Under the pieces are notes generated by a model, which did not search any database, was not told where the DNA came from, and was given only the letters and a program-made list of their open reading frames with translations. Position numbers and translations under genes: made by a program. Below, one piece after another: positions 35,201 to 49,900 of a DNA stretch of 64,000 nt (positions are counted from its first letter, which is position 1; each line of letters opens with the position of its first letter). The DNA lies in NCBI GenBank assembly GCA_000934665.2, contig JYFJ02000248.1, forward strand, positions 62,001 through 126,000, read 5' to 3'. The DNA comes from Catajapyx aquilonaris (lineage: Eukaryota).

Positions 35201-38200
35201 TTCTGGTAATGTTGCGTCCACCAACAACCCACCCTCTGGAATCCTCCACTCCAGAGTCCATGACGCTCTGGGACCTGGTCCGTCCAGAAGTAGTAGTCCC
35301 AGAAGTTAGAGGAGACCGGAGAGTGGCATATGTCCCCAGGTAGTCTCCAGAGGCCATCCGGGAAAATAAGGACCGGTCCTGCCCCAGCTCGAGGCTGCTT
35401 AGAGCCCTACCATATTCCCGCCTACGGCCACCCGGATAAGTTTCATCGTTTCTTATTGAAGAGGTTGAGTTGCTGTATCCATCGTGGTTGTCGCTCTGAG
35501 ACCGATGCCAGGACATCCGTGAGTTGTTCTTCCCATCTGGTTCAGACCTGACACTGCCAGCATCGTCCCCATTTCTCCTGCTTGGAAGAGACGTGGTAGA
35601 CAGGCGGTGGCTTAGTCGTCGTGACAGGCTTGGTGTGTAGGCAGGATATGAGCTACTTGTGTCACTCGAAGCATCGCTGTCGGCTGCTTCTGAACGTGCT
35701 GAGTACGTTGCAGTGCCTATAAAGGGGAGCAAACAGTACGTAATATGTGCACATACCACACAGGATGCCACATTAATTCCCAAATATCTTGTATGATCAG
35801 TTGATCACTGTTAATGTCACTTTTGATTCCCCATATCAGTACTATCTAAAGACAGTAAGGACGGGCTTTGGCAATTTTCTTTCTAATACTGCATTAGTCT
35901 CAACTGAGGATGTCACATTTTACTTCGGAGTGACATAAAAGGATTTCTACATTTATGAGATGGGAATAAGCACTACCATATGGCATGATGTGCACTGGTG
36001 CTGGTAATTCATGAACAGTATCACTACCCTAAACTGCTAATGAATCAGAGCAAACATATTAACCACAGTGCAATGAGCAGCTTACCTGATTCATTCCTTC
36101 TTGCTTATGATGTCACTAGTAATAAATTTTTTAAATAGCAACACTACAAAAAACATTTGCTTGTCTACATGTTAGTATGGGTCTTGGACACCTTTATTAT
36201 TTTCAGAGATTGGTTGGTTTTGTGCATGGAAATGTGCAGGCTAATATTTTACTTCCAATGCCATCTCAGTCTTACTAACTCCACAATCTGCAGGACTGAC
36301 GGTGGAAAATTGAATACTCATATTACTTGTACAAAAAAGTATATTGCAGAAACTTATCAATCCAAGTAAGACCCGCACACTTCCATGCATCTTCATCATA
36401 GGAAATGAGAATGAGTTATCTTCAATCGATGACAGCTGACAAAATGTATGTGATGACAGTGTAAGTCACAAGCTTCGGAGAATGTGTATGAACTTGTTAA
36501 AATAAATATTGAGGAACATGTGTTTTGTTCAGGATAAAATTAATTCACTTTCAGAAAGCCAGTATCTCACAAGCATACCAGAACGCAGCTTCCTCGCAAA
36601 AATGTCATGATGTACTTCTTCCTCTTATTGACCTTATCATGTATCCTTGGAGAAACTATTCCAGTTGTGATGGTTGATCCGCTATCTTGCGACTAAATCG
36701 TATAGGCAAAGAGTAGTATCCGTATTACTTGGTCACACCGCAACATTACACCCAATATTGCACGAGAAACAGGTTACCCAGAGTAAAGTTTCCTTGTTCC
36801 CAATGACGAATGAAAAGGTCCATACTCAAAATTTTGCCTTATTTATTGCCTTTTAGAGAAATGCCTACTTTGGCTGAGGCACATTTTAAGAATATTGTAA
36901 CATAACAAAAGCAAAAATGTGCAAGCTTACAATCCGATATTTCATTGCGCAAAACTAAGTAATTCAATATCACATGAAAATAAAGCTTCAAAAATATACT
37001 GTACCATGATACACTTGAGTGCCATTTTTCACTAAGCAAAAAATAGATATATTATCACTTTGTTCCTTTGTCTGTCACAGCTGAGGCATAGTCAAAAAAG
37101 ACCAGCGAGTTCCAGGTATATAAGATGAGACTGGTCTGTCTGCTACGAAAGTCAGTGGGTACGTACGGCACAAAACATGAAAGCACTCAGGGCGATTGCG
37201 GCGGGGTTGAGGTTGTGCAAGAAGCCGCTGCCAGACGCCCCACAGGCACATGCACAGTGATACGCACACTAGCAGGGGCTGCAACAATAGATCACCGGGG
37301 TGTTACAACATTTACGTTCACCGACTATATTGTGTATACTGTCATTAGATGAACACAACAAAAAAGTGGGGACTACGATGGTGGGCTCACTATCGCTAAC
37401 TACTCTCACCGATTTACTCACTCATGCATTCAGACAGTTAGTCAAAATATGGAATTTGACTACTGCAACTGGACATTCATTGTGTTGCAGGGACAAGGGC
37501 ACATTACTACACAAAAGAATTTCAATAAAAATTATCAAAATTCCTTCTGAGCAGTAAAATTTTTTTTTAATCAACTGAGGTACAACCAATATTGGGCCTC
37601 TTAAACAACAAACATGTGAACATATACATGCAACGTCATGCTATTCTTGAAGCAGATGACAGGTGATTCGTTTATTCCCTACACTTCCACCCATGACACA
37701 TAATATTTGCATCAGTTAACTACCAGGAGCGTACAGGTAAGCTCCCTCGGCTATCCCCACCATTTTAATTAACTTCATCACGACACACAACATGAGCTCT
37801 AACTAAGTCCTTACCTGCTCTGGGGAGAGTGCTGGAGGTAGAAACACTCCCAATTCCTGAGTAGCTGTCTCCATCATATGACTCTCGGCTGGTCTTCCTC
37901 CTCCTCCAGGGTGCGGGAGCCTCTCTTCCGTAGGTGGTGGAAGAGGGACTCCAGAAGCCCTCTCCAGGAGTGGGGGTCTCCCCACCTCCGTTTACGGAAC
38001 TCTGCCTTGAAGAATACCTTCTGCTGCTCAGTACAGATGAAGGCTCATCGCGGTTCAGGCGACGGGTCAAGCTTCGTACCTGTGGTCCAAGTGACACTTA
38101 AATTACAATCCTGAACTATGCATTAGTGACTTTTAAAATAAATTGTGTTTCACATTTCCTTCCTCAACATCTCCGTCATGATGATGTAAAAAGTATTACA

Positions 38201-41200
38201 CCAAAAAACAAACAACATAAACAATGTGTTACATCGACCAACAGTTGCATAATGGAGCCAAACTTTTCCTCCTCCACGTTCATACACTGTGATTATGTAA
38301 CCATGTGCATTTCATTATACTGTAATAAGCTTAATGTAAATAAAGCTGGTGCAATGAAACATATCTAAAAGGGGAATATTGATAATTATGCTCTGTACTT
38401 TTTGGTAACTACATTTTTGTTTCATCCCTGAGGATAATTTTCAATAAATTTTTATTGCACATAATTGAACTTTGTTCAGTACTGAAACTTTTGCAATACA
38501 AAATGACTTCAACATAGACAGGATTCCTTCTATATTTTCGTTCACAACTGGGTCACTTTGACTATTAATAGCAGCTCATAATAACAGAGGTCAATGTGAC
38601 CTACTTAGATGCACATCTTCAAATGTAAAGGTGCTCTCACAGCAGATTTAATATCCCAAAGTACTTATATTGTATGTGACCAAACTGTACGGCAAGAACT
38701 GAACCACTTGTAAATTCTCCTTCCAAATTCTACCCAACGTGGCATCAGCATGGTAAATTAAAGTAAAAAGTTTCTACGATTCAAAAACAAGCCAGTCATC
38801 AATTCACGCAAACAAAGCCTTGGCACCTTGGGCACGGATCCAACTTATTTCAGGGTGGGTCATGACATCTGGACCACCTGGTACACAGGCACTGTACTAC
38901 TTTTTAAATAAACTCTGGGCTAAATAGAGCACCTACTCTGGCCAGAAGCGTAGAGAAGAGAGATTCAGCAGTGAGGATTTCAAATCCGTCGTCATCGTCT
39001 TCTTCAGCAGAACTGAAGCTGTCGCTGTGGTCCAGAGGGTACTGGTGTCCACTCGGACGGGAGCTCCTGAGGATGGATTGTGTCAGGTTAGATAGACTCA
39101 CTTTTTGAAAAGGCGCTTGTCAGACCTCAGTCTATGCATCCCGTATTCCTGGTTGTCCTCTTCGCCATCCTCCTTTCCTACGGACTGGTGACGTTGGTAT
39201 GTCGCATATGGACTATTAGCGTCATCCTCACTGACACTTCCTCCACCATCAGTAAGCAGGCTGCATGTCACGAGAGTATATGAATGTGAAGGAACATGTG
39301 CCTGATTAGTAATTATAGTTGAAGTGTTGGTTGTTTCAGTTTGTTGTTAGTAATCTAGCTCTATTGCATTGATCTCGACCAGCATGTGATGATTAATAGC
39401 ACAACCACTTTTATTGCAAAGATTCTTCAACAACAACAAACTCATCCCATACACTTTCTTTGTATGGAATAAGTCACGTAATAACAAACTAAAACTATAT
39501 AAATACACAGGCTAAGTTAAGATTGTTTACTGCTGACAGGAAAGAATCTTAATCAAAAGTGAATGTGTATTTGTAATATTTCCATTTTAAACTACTGTAT
39601 ATGTATCACATATTTGTAAGCATCACAAAGCATGAGGTTCTTCATGTCAATAATGTTATGTGCCTCAGCATGAAAAAGTATGACCTGGAGGCCACTGCCA
39701 CAAGCAATCACCCAATTTGTAAAATCAATACAGGCATGTGTACCTGAGTTTCTTGCTTCGTGAAAACCGTCCTCTTCTGAGCCGGCTGTCAGTCCTGAAT
39801 CCGTCCCCTTCAGTCGTCTCAGAAATGTCCTCCTTTGGCGTCACACATCCGCCACCTTCCACCAGTATGGGTATGATATATTCACGTGGAGATTTCCTGA
39901 TTGGCTCCAAGTGCGGAGAAGACAGGCTCTCGGTGTCTGAATCTAACGTGCTCTGTCTTGACATGCTTGCAGTGGGGGCAGGAGTTGGTTCTGGGGGTGC
40001 CGGAGTCACCTCCTTTTCCACCCTGATTGGAATGATTCTCTCCCGCTTCCCATCTGTTTCAGGTGCGCCTACCGAGAAGGACACCTCAGTCCGCTGCATT
40101 GGCTTCTCCCCTCCGACATGGTGCTCAATTTCTGTCTTGAAATTGTTGGAGGCAGCTGAAGGCGCAGGTGGAGGGAGGCCATTGACTACCATCTCAGCCT
40201 TGCTGGACCGCCTTGGTAGTGTAGCTGCCTTTCCGCCCACCCTGTTCTGAGACCCGCTCAAAACAATCTCAACTGCTGCCTTCTTTCTAGGTGAATCTGG
40301 TTGCGGTGGAAGTGGCGGAGTAGCCACAGGTTCATCTCGACCCACGCTGGGCTCACGTCTGTTGAGCTTGGATTTGGACAAGTTCTTCACGTAGCTGTTT
40401 TCTGTGCCATCACACCCAGCTTTTTCCTCCGCCTGTTGCTCCTCGGATTTGTTTCGGATCAAAGGCTTTGGTACCTGCTTTACTGGAGAGGTGGATCCTT
40501 CCTTCGGTACTGCTTGTGGTGCCGATGCCTGTAATGTATGCAAACATGATTGTAATGTTACTTGAACTGTAAATGTTCCTCAGATGTGTTGTATCATAAA
40601 ACCGGAGATGCCGGGGAGGGAATCCATCCATATTTTATTTCAATCTATCCCCAAGATGGATTAAGCAATGCGAAAATCAAAAATGTTTCTTTTGCTTCTA
40701 ACGTGATAATCTATGTAATGTAATGTATCTTGGAGATGTACTGTTTATTTGTTATATTTAGGCCACTTTTCTACTGAATGTTCCTTTTCTCTATACATAT
40801 CATAATGTTCGCATTGGTTGGCTAAAAACTACTAGTATCATACATCATATGAAATAAAGCCATGGGATTTTTCTGGCGATGTAGACCTTTTATAGCATCC
40901 ACCAAATGAAACAAAAAAAGCAGCTTTAATGTATTTAATGTATTACTTGAATCTGTATAATTTTGTAGCTATCAGTAATGATCCCTTCACACATTTCCTA
41001 CTGACCTTCTCCAGGGTCTCTTCGGTCGGCTGAGTTCCCTTTCCCTCGGGTACAGCCGTATTGGACCTACTCTTTGTGGCAAACTTGCCACTGGGAGGGA
41101 AAAACGCTGCCTTCTTCTGTGGTGAGGCAGAAGCAGACGAAGGGGTGGAGGAAGGGGGAGTGGTGGGACCTCTCACCAACATGGCAGCACTACGAGGGGC

Positions 41201-44200
41201 ACCACTGCCCGTGTCCAGCACCACCGGCTTAAACTTTTGCCCCTCCTCAGCCAATTCCGCAGGTGGCGCTCCACTTAGCTGCAGCTTACCGACTTCTTTC
41301 AGTTTCCTCACCTTTGCCTCATCTTGCCCCTTGTCAGACTGCTTCAACGCTGGAACCAGTTTTGTCTCCTCTTCTTTCTTAGGTTCCGGCTGCTTCGGTG
41401 CTTCAGGTGCTGGTGTTGGTTCAGGTTGCTCCACACTCTTGGCAGCAGCTGCCATTGGATCTGCGGTCTCTTCTTTCAACGGTGATGGGGTTTCATTTTT
41501 CTCCAAGCTACTGCCCTTGCTCACTGTTTTCTTAACTTCAAATGCCCTCTTTGCATCTGATACTTTGACACCAGGTAGAGACACTGCCTTCTTTTCTGGC
41601 TGTTTGGCACATTCAAAGGCTTTCTTCGCATCACTCACCAAGCCTGGAAGCACAATCTTGCGTGGTTTGTCAGCCGGTGGAGTTTTAGGCTCTACAGTTC
41701 GTGAGCTGAGGTTCTTAAATATTTCAGCAGTTTTTGCAATGTTGGAGTTGCGGCGAGCAACAGGAGGCACGGGCTCGGCCGCTGGCTTAGGTGCCTTAGG
41801 AGGCGACTCTTTTCTTTCTTTGGCCTTCTCTACCTTGTCTTTCTTTTCTTCAGTAGCCTTGACTTCAACAACCACTGTTTCTTTGGTAGGCTCAGACTGT
41901 GCCGGTGCAACAGCTTCTGCGGATACAGCAGGCGCAATCTTCTCAGGTTCACATTTTGATTGTTGAGGAACATTCTCCTTCTCAGCTGTCTCTTTGGCTT
42001 CAGGTTTACTTTCGTCCTTCTTCACCTTCTTCTTCACCTTTCTGACCTTCTTTATAGTGCTGGTGTCGCCTTCCCCTTCTGGCTTTACAACTGAAGTATC
42101 AGCAGCTGCTGCTGCATTTGGCACCGGTGATTTTTCCTTCAAAGGCGACTTGTCCTGAGCAGCTTCTACTGCGGGCGGCGAGACTTTTGATTCATTTGGA
42201 ACTGCAGTATCAGCAACTTCAGGAGGTGACTTAGACTTAATCTTAAGGCCCTTTGGTTTAGCCCCCTCGTCCTGCAACGGGATACTTGACTTCCTCCTCT
42301 GCTCCTTGCATTCACATGGCTCATTATCCTGAGCTTCAGCGGCCAGTTCTGTCTCAAGCTCATTAACACCACTCAAAGTATCACTAGGCAACACCGTCCG
42401 TTCAGTCTCCACTTCCATGGGTTCCAAACCTGGAGAAGATTTCGACTTGTGTGGAGCACATGTCTTCTTCCTGACACCTCTAGATGACTTGTCAACCCCT
42501 TCTTTCTTCTTTAGATTATTAGTCTTCCCAATAAAGGCCGCACTTCCACTAAAACTGTCTTCCAACTTTCGCTTATTCGAAGTGGAATCCTTCTCTTCGC
42601 TCTTCCCTGTCAAAGAGTGGTCAACATCCATCAAGCTACCCTCAGACTGAGAACGAAGAACTAGATCAGTGTTGTTGTTGTTCAGGTATTCATTCATCAT
42701 ATCTCGAGTTTCATCAGTCAACACAGGTGGCACCTAAAATACAAGTGGTGAAATATAAGCAGATTTATAAACATCCAAGCAAAGCAATGGGCAATACTGA
42801 CCTTGAGGTCTTCTGCCTTTGGCACCACGACTTGATCCCCACCAGATGCTGGTTGAGGTGCCAACGACAGCAGAAGATCTAACCTCACAGGTGTCTGGTT
42901 GGCCAAATCTTCCGCAATCTCCAAGCATGATTCACTGTACCCCTCATTGACCCACCAGTGACTGCTAATGTTCTCCACATTCGCCCTCTTGGCAGGAGTC
43001 ACAGTCAGCATGTGGTGTATCAACGGAGAGGCAGCTAAACAAAAATAAAATTAACATTATATTAAAGAGAATCCGGCATCAAGTGTCTTCAAAACTTACG
43101 TGAAACTTTCTTTGGTTCATAGTAGTCCCCTTGAGAGATCTGTTTCACCAGACGCTTAAAATTGGATCCATCAAATGGCATGGCGCCATAAACCAATGTG
43201 TACAAAAGCACCCCTAAGGACCAGCAGTCAACTTCAGGCCCATAGTAAGGAGTTCCCCGAACGATTTCAGGCGAGGCATATAGAGGGCTGCCGCAAAATG
43301 TGGTCAGCAGGTGGTGCTCATCAAACACGTTGGAGAGCCCAAAGTCAGCGATCTATGAAACACAAGCAAACATGTTCACCCGGCCAGGTTTCAAGTAGCC
43401 ACTGTTTTAAAATTCTGTCAGTAAAAAGAAGTACGTAAAAAAAAACCTACTTTGGCGTTCCCCTTTTCGTCCAACAGGATGTTTTCCAGCTTCAAGTCCC
43501 TATGGCATATCTTGTGCTGTTGAAAGAAGAACGGTTTAAAATTGGCCAAGTTATTGCAGCAGGGAGCAGATACTCACTTTGTGGCAGTAATATACAGCGC
43601 AGGAAATTTGCCTGAATATTCTGCGAGCTTCATCCTCCGTCAACACCTTTTTCTCACTCAAGTAATCATACAACTCTCCTCCAGATGCATACTCCATGAC
43701 TAGCACCATTTTCTCCCTGTTTTCAAACACTGAAAACGGAACAATTAAATTGCAAGGTAATTTAGGGGTTAAGCCACTGCTAACCCCCAACCGCAACAAA
43801 TCCAACAAATACCTTCATATATGTGAATAATGTTTGGATGACGGACTGACGACATGATCTGAATCTCTCTCCTTATCCTGATCAGATCAGCCTCCGTCTC
43901 AATCTTAGCCTTCTTTATGGTCTTGATGGCCACCTGAAAACCAGACAGAAGCAGTGTTTATAAATTGAGCAGACCCAGACCCAGCACACATGGACCATCA
44001 TGGGCAAACTGCCAGTTCTCCCCAGAGGGAATTCCCCAAATCTATTTTTTAATCCTTTGGTTTGCCTTTCCAAGCCATTCATCATTCAATCCTGCCGGAC
44101 CTGCTTTTTAAGAGAAGAGAAGAGGGCAGCAGCCCTCTCCGTTCCTTAACCCTTGTGCTGGCCTCCTCTAGAAAAACCCAAGTACTATGCAGTTTAATTT

Positions 44201-46980
44201 TAAAGCATGGTGGTAGGGTAGTTGGATGGGGAGGGATCTGGGCGAGAGTAGGGGGGTGTTCCCTTGGACAGAAATAAAGTCCAGTTGCATGTGGAAGGTT
44301 GGGGCGGAAAAGAGCGAGGCCGTGTGTCACTTGACGTCAGTCGCAACGTCACGTACGCATTTTTAACGCACATTTTAAACAGTGCAAAAATTATGCAAAA
44401 AAAATTAATAAAAATCTCAGATGACGTATGGCTTTTACCAGCAATATTGTTCTCTTTCTTTATTCAATAAGAATTTTCCAGACCATGATGACTGCATTCC
44501 CTGTATTCTCTGCCTAATAAGTGTTTCGCCCACTGATCCGTCGGTGTGACTTGCTTATTCACATTGCCAAAATAACTAGGGCCCCCATGACGACAGGATG
44601 AGTCAAAGGTTACTTTGGCAAAATCCTGGCGATTGGGTGTTTGCTTGGCTCTAAGAAAGAAGAGTTCGGTTGGGAGGTGGGCGCCCAGGAATGTTAGTAC
44701 GTGGGCCACTAGCTCTCTTTTTTTCCATGCAAGTTTAAACAACCCTGCAGGCCAGCAGGTGTAACTTCCGAGGTCCTTTTCCGGTTAGGAAACGTACCTC
44801 CTGTCCCGTTTCCTTGTTGATTCCCAGCTGCACTTTGCCATATGTCCCTTGTCCCAGTTTCTTCACGATGTCGAACCTGCAAGGAAACAATTTTAAAAAA
44901 AAAATTGCACATAATTTTTTAATTTATTTTCTGCACACATTGAGGAAAGAACCAGTCGAATGAATGGGATAGACAGACGGCGTCAACTTCTGGTCCCGTA
45001 GGAACATTGAGGTTCAAATTTAGACGTCCTAAATGTGTCTCCTCCTCCTTTTGTCCGATCGAGCTTGGAAACAAGAGACAAAATTGATTGCTGTGTCTAT
45101 GGCCCAGCGAACTTCCTTTGAGATATGGAGCTGAGGAATCTGGAGGTTGTTGCCTGCAGTTGTTGGTTCTTCAAGGTCTGGCCAGACACCGACCGCCTGC
45201 TTTATTTCTGGCCTCTGCAACTAACCCCCGTGGATGGAATATCATGGCAAAATGTCTGCACTAGAGGTGTACGACCTGTTTGGTGTGTGTTGGGTCCACT
45301 GCCTTTTCTTGGCCCTTCTTTATAGCCCCTCCACATATTTCGAACCTCGAAATAAGCACGCACCTGTTGTGTTTCCCAGGACACTTATCAGGACAATCCT
45401 GCTAATTCAAGGGCGTCTTAAGTACAGGAAAACAACGGTTATTTTTTCGTTACAACTTGGCTCTGGGCCCCACTCCCATTCCTCTGAGGGGAAATTCACA
45501 GGAGAGACGATCTTGTGGTACACTATTGTTCATCTCAGAAACCAGTTGAAAAAGAAGCAACCATTTGAAAGAAACCGTCACTTGTAAATAATGTTCCTCG
45601 CCTATATAATTCTGAACTATACGGATTTGTATTGAGTGAATCTACAGCAAAATCACTAGTTAATGAGTAATAATTTTTTCGGCTCCAAAGGTGTGGGCGA
45701 CAAAAATTTCAGAATGGATATCTCGAGTATCCCGCCCAATATTGGCACTGTCCACAATCAAGATATGCCAAATATGCGTGGACGTCATTAGATAAAAGTC
45801 GGTTCATTGCCAGAAAAACTCTCGCGTTCCTCGTTTCTCAAATATTAGACTAAAATACATTTCCTCGACAAATGCAGGCCAAAATCAAATAGAAATCATG
45901 ATTCTTCACAATTTCTTCGCATATAAATGATCATAATTCTCTCATCTATTGTTTGGTTCTCTCCTGGGATGCCGTAAACAATTACTGACAATTTGATGCC
46001 TAAATAATTGACTGGGTTTGTGTTAAAACATTTATATTGCCTTATGACACTTGTTCATTACTCTGTTAATAACGCAATATGATAGTTGCAGAAATAACGA
46101 CTTCAAGTGCAGGTTTTCATTGGAACACACACTGAACATACAGTGCAAAACATACACGACTGTTTAGTACGACTATGCCGGATGTGCACAAGTGACCTAA
46201 CTTCCCAGGATAAATATGAAGGTCTCCCTATGCAGACAGACTGTAACTTATGCTACAAACTAAAATTGTTTCAGACGCTTACGTAGTCTTGAAAAGCCAC
46301 CGACAAAGATTCGTTAAGAAAAGTTAGAAATGCATCATATGCAGTTTTACACGTTCTTTGAGGCCAAACATTTTTCTGTGTTCGGCAGAGAGAAAATGAC
46401 ATTTTTTAAAAAATGAATATTAATTCAGATATTGGCTCATATACTGGTCGTACTCAAATCCACTATATGCTTCACCCTGCTCGAACCATCAGGAAATAAT
46501 GGCACGTCAGACGCGTAGAAAATAACCCCCTGTTCACCACTGAGATTTGGGCTCCGTCCATATTGGCACATTCAATTGGAACTCCCTGAAGAAGCACCCA
46601 TGACATTATGATTTAACACCCTCTCATGTCTTCTTCTGCTAACGAACCTTCAATAGTTAAAACCGGGGGGTGCACCACAAACAAAAAAGCCAACTTTGCT
46701 GCCATTTACATGCGCTGTTGGCACATGTCTGGGGATAAACGCTCCAGATTTAGCCTATAACAGTAATCCAAGCTAGCTAGCCCCTCGCTGGACTATCCCC
46801 TAACAGCCAATACTATTCTTAAACCAGCTAGCTGATGGCCAGGCTGGTAAAATTGGGCCGCCCTCTTTACCTTTGCTTCAATTTCCTCCGGTGGTTGTGC
46901 AGCCGGATTCCAGACGTGTTCTCCAGCCCTTCCATAATGCTCTGAGCCGACAGCTCACTCGAGTCATCCTTCACCACCAT
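32292..46980 (-). CDS. NUAK: NUAK/ARK5-family (AMPK-related) Ser/Thr kinase with very long low-complexity C-terminus; exons 46980-46871, 44876-44798, 43933-43813, 43729-43578, 43516-43451, 43352-43100, 43034-42802, 42733-41006, 40528-39744, 39260-39126, 39066-38937, 38079-37815, 35716-33301, 32466-32292 (~2215 aa; last exon uncertain)
   Basis: Kinase motifs [45 protein letters not shown] and [13 protein letters not shown]. Downstream motifs include [13 protein letters not shown] and [24 protein letters not shown]. All joins are GT-AG and in frame. Confidence 0.9.
34674..34763 (-). repeat. Coding 15-bp repeat, (AAAEK)-type x6, in the NUAK tail
   Basis: Translates as [30 protein letters not shown]. 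Confidence 0.9.
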
Positions 46981-49900
46981 CTTGGTTGGCCCTCTTTATT
47001 CACCTGGAAACAAAAATGTAGGAGGGGGTTCAATGAGCACCTTTGCCTCGTTAAAAATATACACTGTACAAAATGCACCCTTTGTCCTAGTTTCAGCGTG
47101 ACACAATTATCTGGCTGGGTAGGTAAATACACTAATTTTGGTGTGGTTTTTTTTTACGAGCACTATTTTTGGGGCTAGATTTTTAAACCGGGTGCATGTA
47201 CCTTCGACCGTCCTTTGAACGTCCTTTTTAGCGTGACCAGACGTAGGTGCGAAAAACTGGCTCCAGTTTTGTAAACAATGCTGCTTGCACTGGGGGGTGG
47301 AGAAAACCAGATAGTTTTAAAGCCAGCATCTGCCGAAAACATGTCGGGGTTATTCGTACCCGCTGCGTTCAATCAGGAGTTAAATATAGGACAGGGATGG
47401 GCCTGCTGGCTTTGACTCAATGCAAAAGTTCCTTTAGTTTCAAGTTTGGACCACTTCCGCTTTTCTTACCATCCAGTGGAAGAAGAAAAAAATTGTCATA
47501 TAATTATACTGTCGGCTTCTGCTTCATTAGTTGGGTACACGCACACGTGCTTTGAACGGAAGTGTCAATTACTTTTTGTGACCGGTTTCTTCACCTCGCG
47601 ATGTGTTGTTGGGCAAAATAACAAAATGCAGGATCATAATGTACGGGTTTGTTTTCATGCTATTGCCAAATGAGCAACTAAACCGGAATAACAACCGTTT
47701 GCAAAAATCCCATACATTAGTTGGTGGGTATAATTTGTGCCAGTGGGTTATGTACATTACGACTATCATGTTACATTTTGTCACGCCTGGTTTAATCAGC
47801 GGCGGTCTGTCTGATGTTAATGATCGTGCTGTACTAATTAGCAGAAGAATGAACTCGGGTATCATTGACACGTATATTAGAGGACCTTGAATTGCGGGAA
47901 GTGATTTCCCGTTACTAGTAAAGCGAACCGGATGTCCGCTTGAAGTAGGTGTTATATTTGGAGCGACCTAGTGTGATTCGTACAGTTGCAAGTTGCTTTG
48001 CAATTAAATATTTACAAGCCCATTGTCCCCTTCGTAAATTCCTGGCAATCCAAAAAAAAAAAGTTGACGAATGACGAGTTATGGGAAGCACGTGGTGTTT
48101 GGTGAATTTGCACATTTTCTCGTGCACAATCACTTGCCCTATAAATTGTGATATTATTTTCCCCAACAGTAATTCAAAAGTATAATAATCACGCGGGCCG
48201 CTTGTAATATCATGACTGCATGGGTTGCATCTGTGTACTTCAGACAGGTCTATTACATTTAAAATATGATGTTTGCTGTGTAATCTGGTACGTTGCATGA
48301 CCGGAAACCACAAGGTCCTTGACAATAGGCCTATATCATATTCACGTATAATTTACACATTCAAGTCAACAACACGACAGGGAAAAAAATAGTAAAAAAT
48401 ATTATACGACCCTGGCCTGATAAAAGCTTACATTCGGAGACACTGAAAAAGAAATGCCAAAATGGATGCCACTTATTGGTTAAATGTCTCGAAATATGAC
48501 GTAAATCTCTCTATAAGCCAAAAAAAATCAACTCCCCCGCCCACATGCTTATCACATGGACAGTACAATAATTAGGAGATTCCCAGTTATCAGGCCTATG
48601 TGGTGCCTGCTGCATACATATCCTTGTAGTTCGTATAGTATAATCTACGCTTTTAAAAGGCACGTGGAATAATGACCAAAAAGCAAGCAGTAAGCTGTTT
48701 GTTTTGCCTACAATTTGCATGGGGGAAAAACAAAAAATCTTCCAGAGGAAACACATTTCAGCCCGCATTTTTTGCCACGATTACGAGAGAAGGATATAAA
48801 CACCCCCGTAAATTAACCAACATTTCCCTGGTGAAACCAGGACGTAATTTACTATCCGACGGGTATAAAACGATCAACATTAACCATCGTAGGTGCAACC
48901 TAATCAGCAGTTAGCAGCCAGTATAGAAACTCCCAAGCTCCAATGTTGCTTGTTTCGTGCACATCTCATTATCACTATTTCTAACCCTACTTGTCTATTT
49001 CACAAGTTAATTACGCAAAGTGCTTGTTACGTGCTGCTTAGCACTATATAGGCGGTCGTGTTAGCTGTCCACATATTTTTAAATACACTATAGGTCGCTC
49101 GCTAAATTATTTTCAACCATTTTCCTTGCATTTTCTGTCCCATTTTTACTACTGCTACATTATTGTGAAGTGTTTGGCACACCTTTTTTTGAGGCAAAAT
49201 TTTTCAAACTGACTCAACAATTAATCCAGCAATTTTTCCACCAATAAAACTAAAATACGTAAGTTAATGTGGTTATGAAATCAGTTGAATTAAAAAATTT
49301 CAACGAAAAGTTCTTCAAGTGCAGAATTTTTTTTTAAGCGCTAAAAATAACTCGTAGGCCCTTTTTGCTTGCATCCCTTCGTTGCATTGTGTCCTGCACA
49401 TGCAACAGTCTATTAAAAAACCAACAATGAAATTTCCGTCCGTCCTTGTGGTCACTGCATGTTTCCGTTTCCTTCCCGACACGTGACTGCAACAGTCTCG
49501 TTACACACCCCGAACAAAGCCATTAAAATACCACAGCAATGATTACCCATCCCTATTTTCTGCTGTCATCATCATCATTTCTGGCACGACCCGGGTGAGT
49601 CAACCCGGACTCACCAAAAAGGCACCAAAATGGTCACAATTGTGCAACAAAAAATCCACCGTGCAATGTCATCATCCTACAGAATCTTGGATAACCCCCA
49701 AAAAGGAGCCAAAAATAAAGATAATTATATCCACCTATCAAATTCCAAAGCCTGGCAGGGTCAGCTACAATAACCAGTGGTCACCATCACACCACCACAA
49801 CCGATACACATCCCACATCCTGAGGAAACCAATTGTCCTCCCAAGCACTAGCTCCAGAGAGTGTGTGCTTTGCACCGTGTCCCGCCCACCTGCAAAGGGG

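Noticed and set aside
34012..35343. Several + strand ORFs of 87-186 aa
   Set aside because: They are antisense to the 2.4-kb NUAK exon, and their composition mirrors the sense codons.
39247..39260. Possible 14-nt microexon in NUAK
   Set aside because: Careful re-reading shows 39260-39126 is one continuous open exon.
41061..41966. 301-aa + strand ORF
   Set aside because: It is the antisense shadow of the low-complexity NUAK exon 42733-41006 and has no independent domain or splice support.
33243..42733. 846-aa, 596-aa and 272-aa minus-strand ORFs as separate genes
   Set aside because: Each has in-phase splice sites joining it to the NUAK kinase exons, so they are exons of one gene.
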